Source: Stramenopiles sp. TOSAG23-2 (Eukaryota). From it: a stretch of DNA of 64,000 nt. Below the pieces are notes generated by a model. The model saw only the letters and a program-made list of their open reading frames with translations. It was not told the origin of the DNA and ran no database searches. Position 1 is the first letter of the stretch. Every line of letters begins with the position of its first letter. Made by a program: the position numbers and the translations under genes. The stretch is from positions 1 to 64,000 of the forward strand of contig LT649245.1 in the NCBI GenBank assembly GCA_900128395.1, in the 5' to 3' direction. Shown here piece after piece: positions 62,433 through 64,000 of the stretch.

Positions 62433-62666
62433 CGTTTTATATAATAATGGTTGCGATAAGTTATTTTTCTTTGTGCGTGTGTGTAAAAAAAAATGAAAAA
62501 AAATGGAAAAAAATGGAAAAATATTTTGAATATAAGTCTAAACATTCACACTATTAATCAAGTTATAGGTGCATTGAAATAAAATAATAAAAATGTTTAT
62601 AATAAAGTTTAAAAAAGTTATCCTCCCAAAACAACCACAGCAAAAATGCTGAAAGCAAACGTACCT

Positions 62667-64000
62667 TTATTCATCCCATGCTGCATCAACTTTCTTTTTT
62701 AAACCATCGTAATCATTATCTGCTTCCTTCTCCGTAATTCCAGCAATACCATTATTATTAGTAGTATCAGTATCAGTACTAGTAGTATTATTATTAGGCT
62801 TTTCTTTACCTTTATTACGTTCTACTTCTTCCGTTACTTCTGCATATGCATCAAGTATAATAGATAAGAATATATTTACGATTGTCAACATCAAAAAAAT
62901 GGAGAAAAAAATAAATAATACAGGTGCGACGAAATTATCTCCAGACCATTCGTAAAATTCTTGTTCTTGATCGGCATAATCTCCTAACATCATTTTAAAT
63001 ACTTGCATTGCCATTTCAGTTGGATGTGTCCATCTTTCAACAACATGTCCAAAAGATAAATGTGCTAATAAACTGAACGAATACATAAATACAAGTGATG
63101 TTACAATCAAATATCCTAAATTAGCAGCACTTTTTGTTAATGTCCTGGGAATAACACTTACGGCATTGATTGATTGGAAAATATAAAGCATTTTAATCAA
63201 CCAAAAAATGACAGCTATCATATCGACATATTTCGTAACCCACGCAGCTTCTGCGGCGACTGATACACCATCTACAAATTTATCCATGTATGCATCATTA
63301 ATTCTATCCGTGCCGCGTCCTACATCTTCCACCATGCTACGTAAAATAGCAACTTTATCATTTTGCAAATTTGTACAAATTCCTTGTAAAATTAAAAAAC
63401 TAATTAAAACAAGTGATATTAAAGCACCATCTTTATTCTCTAATAAAGCAATTATGAAATTTTTCGCCCTGTTGTTTCCATTCTTATCAGATGATTTTTT
63501 AATACAATAATCAATCACTAATTCATAATGATTATATATTACATCTAAAGTGAGATATATGTAACATAAAACTTGACTCCAAATACAAAGGCTCATTATG
63601 GTTCTTTCGTCCTCGGTGTAATGTGACGTATCTAAAATTTTCTTTGATAATTCATCATTACTGTCAACATGCCGCGCATATGATAACGTTTTAGACGTTG
63701 TTGCCCTACCAGTTTGTGAAAAAGACACTTTCAATGTGAATTGAGCATATATTATTGGTCGAATAGCAACAACAAAGGGTATATTTATTATTACCTTTCG
63801 AGTTTGCAAATCCGTCCATGCGCAAGCTTTCAATGCCTCAAGCTGGTCTTTAATGTTCCCCATTGGATATTGTTCACTTATTGGAAAAGCATATAAATTT
63901 TTTATGTGGTATAGTGATAAAGTTGTATTGTTTTTTGCACCACAATATTTTGATATATATTTTTTTACCTTTTCATTTATATTGTTCTTATCGTTGTTCT
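62667..64000 (-). CDS. Polycystin-2/TRPP-like cation channel, C-terminal part (5' end beyond the window)
   Basis: S5-pore-S6 region FSLLAHLSFG...FKMMLGDY...VNIFLSIILDAYAEV; the frame stays open from 63863 up to base 64000. Confidence 0.85.
   Translation of the reverse strand, partial: NNDKNNINEKVKKYISKYCGAKNNTTLSLYHIKNLYAFPISEQYPMGNIKDQLEALKACAWTDLQTRKVIINIPFVVAIRPIIYAQFTLKVSFSQTGRATTSKTLSYARHVDSNDELSKKILDTSHYTEDERTIMSLCIWSQVLCYIYLTLDVIYNHYELVIDYCIKKSSDKNGNNRAKNFIIALLENKDGALISLVLISFLILQGICTNLQNDKVAILRSMVEDVGRGTDRINDAYMDKFVDGVSVAAEAAWVTKYVDMIAVIFWLIKMLYIFQSINAVSVIPRTLTKSAANLGYLIVTSLVFMYSFSLLAHLSFGHVVERWTHPTEMAMQVFKMMLGDYADQEQEFYEWSGDNFVAPVLFIFFSIFLMLTIVNIFLSIILDAYAEVTEEVERNKGKEKPNNNTTSTDTDTTNNNGIAGITEKEADNDYDGLKKKVDAAWDE

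Overview
AT-rich, gene-dense eukaryotic nuclear DNA with the standard genetic code, short GT-AG introns and Asn/Lys homopolymers. A non-diatom stramenopile-like protist is my inference, from the presence of PEX7 and an insertion in MetAP2. About 27 protein genes are present. Recognisable ones are an aldo-keto reductase, an EcKL/APH-like kinase, a CCR/DFR-like reductase, an ankyrin-RING-2OG oxygenase, a fatty-acid hydroxylase/sterol desaturase, a double-TauD dioxygenase, a CAMK, MetAP2, PEX7, a PDI, APRT, an ABCC transporter, a CRAL-TRIO-DEP-PH protein and a polycystin-type channel. The assembly has strong artefact signatures: about 20 (near-)exact 62-161 bp tandem duplications that split ORFs, a 537-bp perfect fold-back palindrome, a 55-bp inverted match at the window start and an N gap. 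Gene models below are given after mentally removing these. The most striking biology is a 4-exon, roughly 4,040-aa membrane protein (29230-41673, minus) made of about 40 copies of a D-x-P-F...W-R hydrophobic unit, with three UBA-like domains and one F-box-like domain inserted. It lies head-to-head with a 2-TM protein carrying WWE, RanBP2-type zinc finger and vWA domains. Non-coding signals include a TA-flanked MITE-like hairpin, a dispersed repeat family found just downstream of gene 3' ends, and a recurrent ACCTTAACCTG motif. All domain calls are by eye, without database searches.
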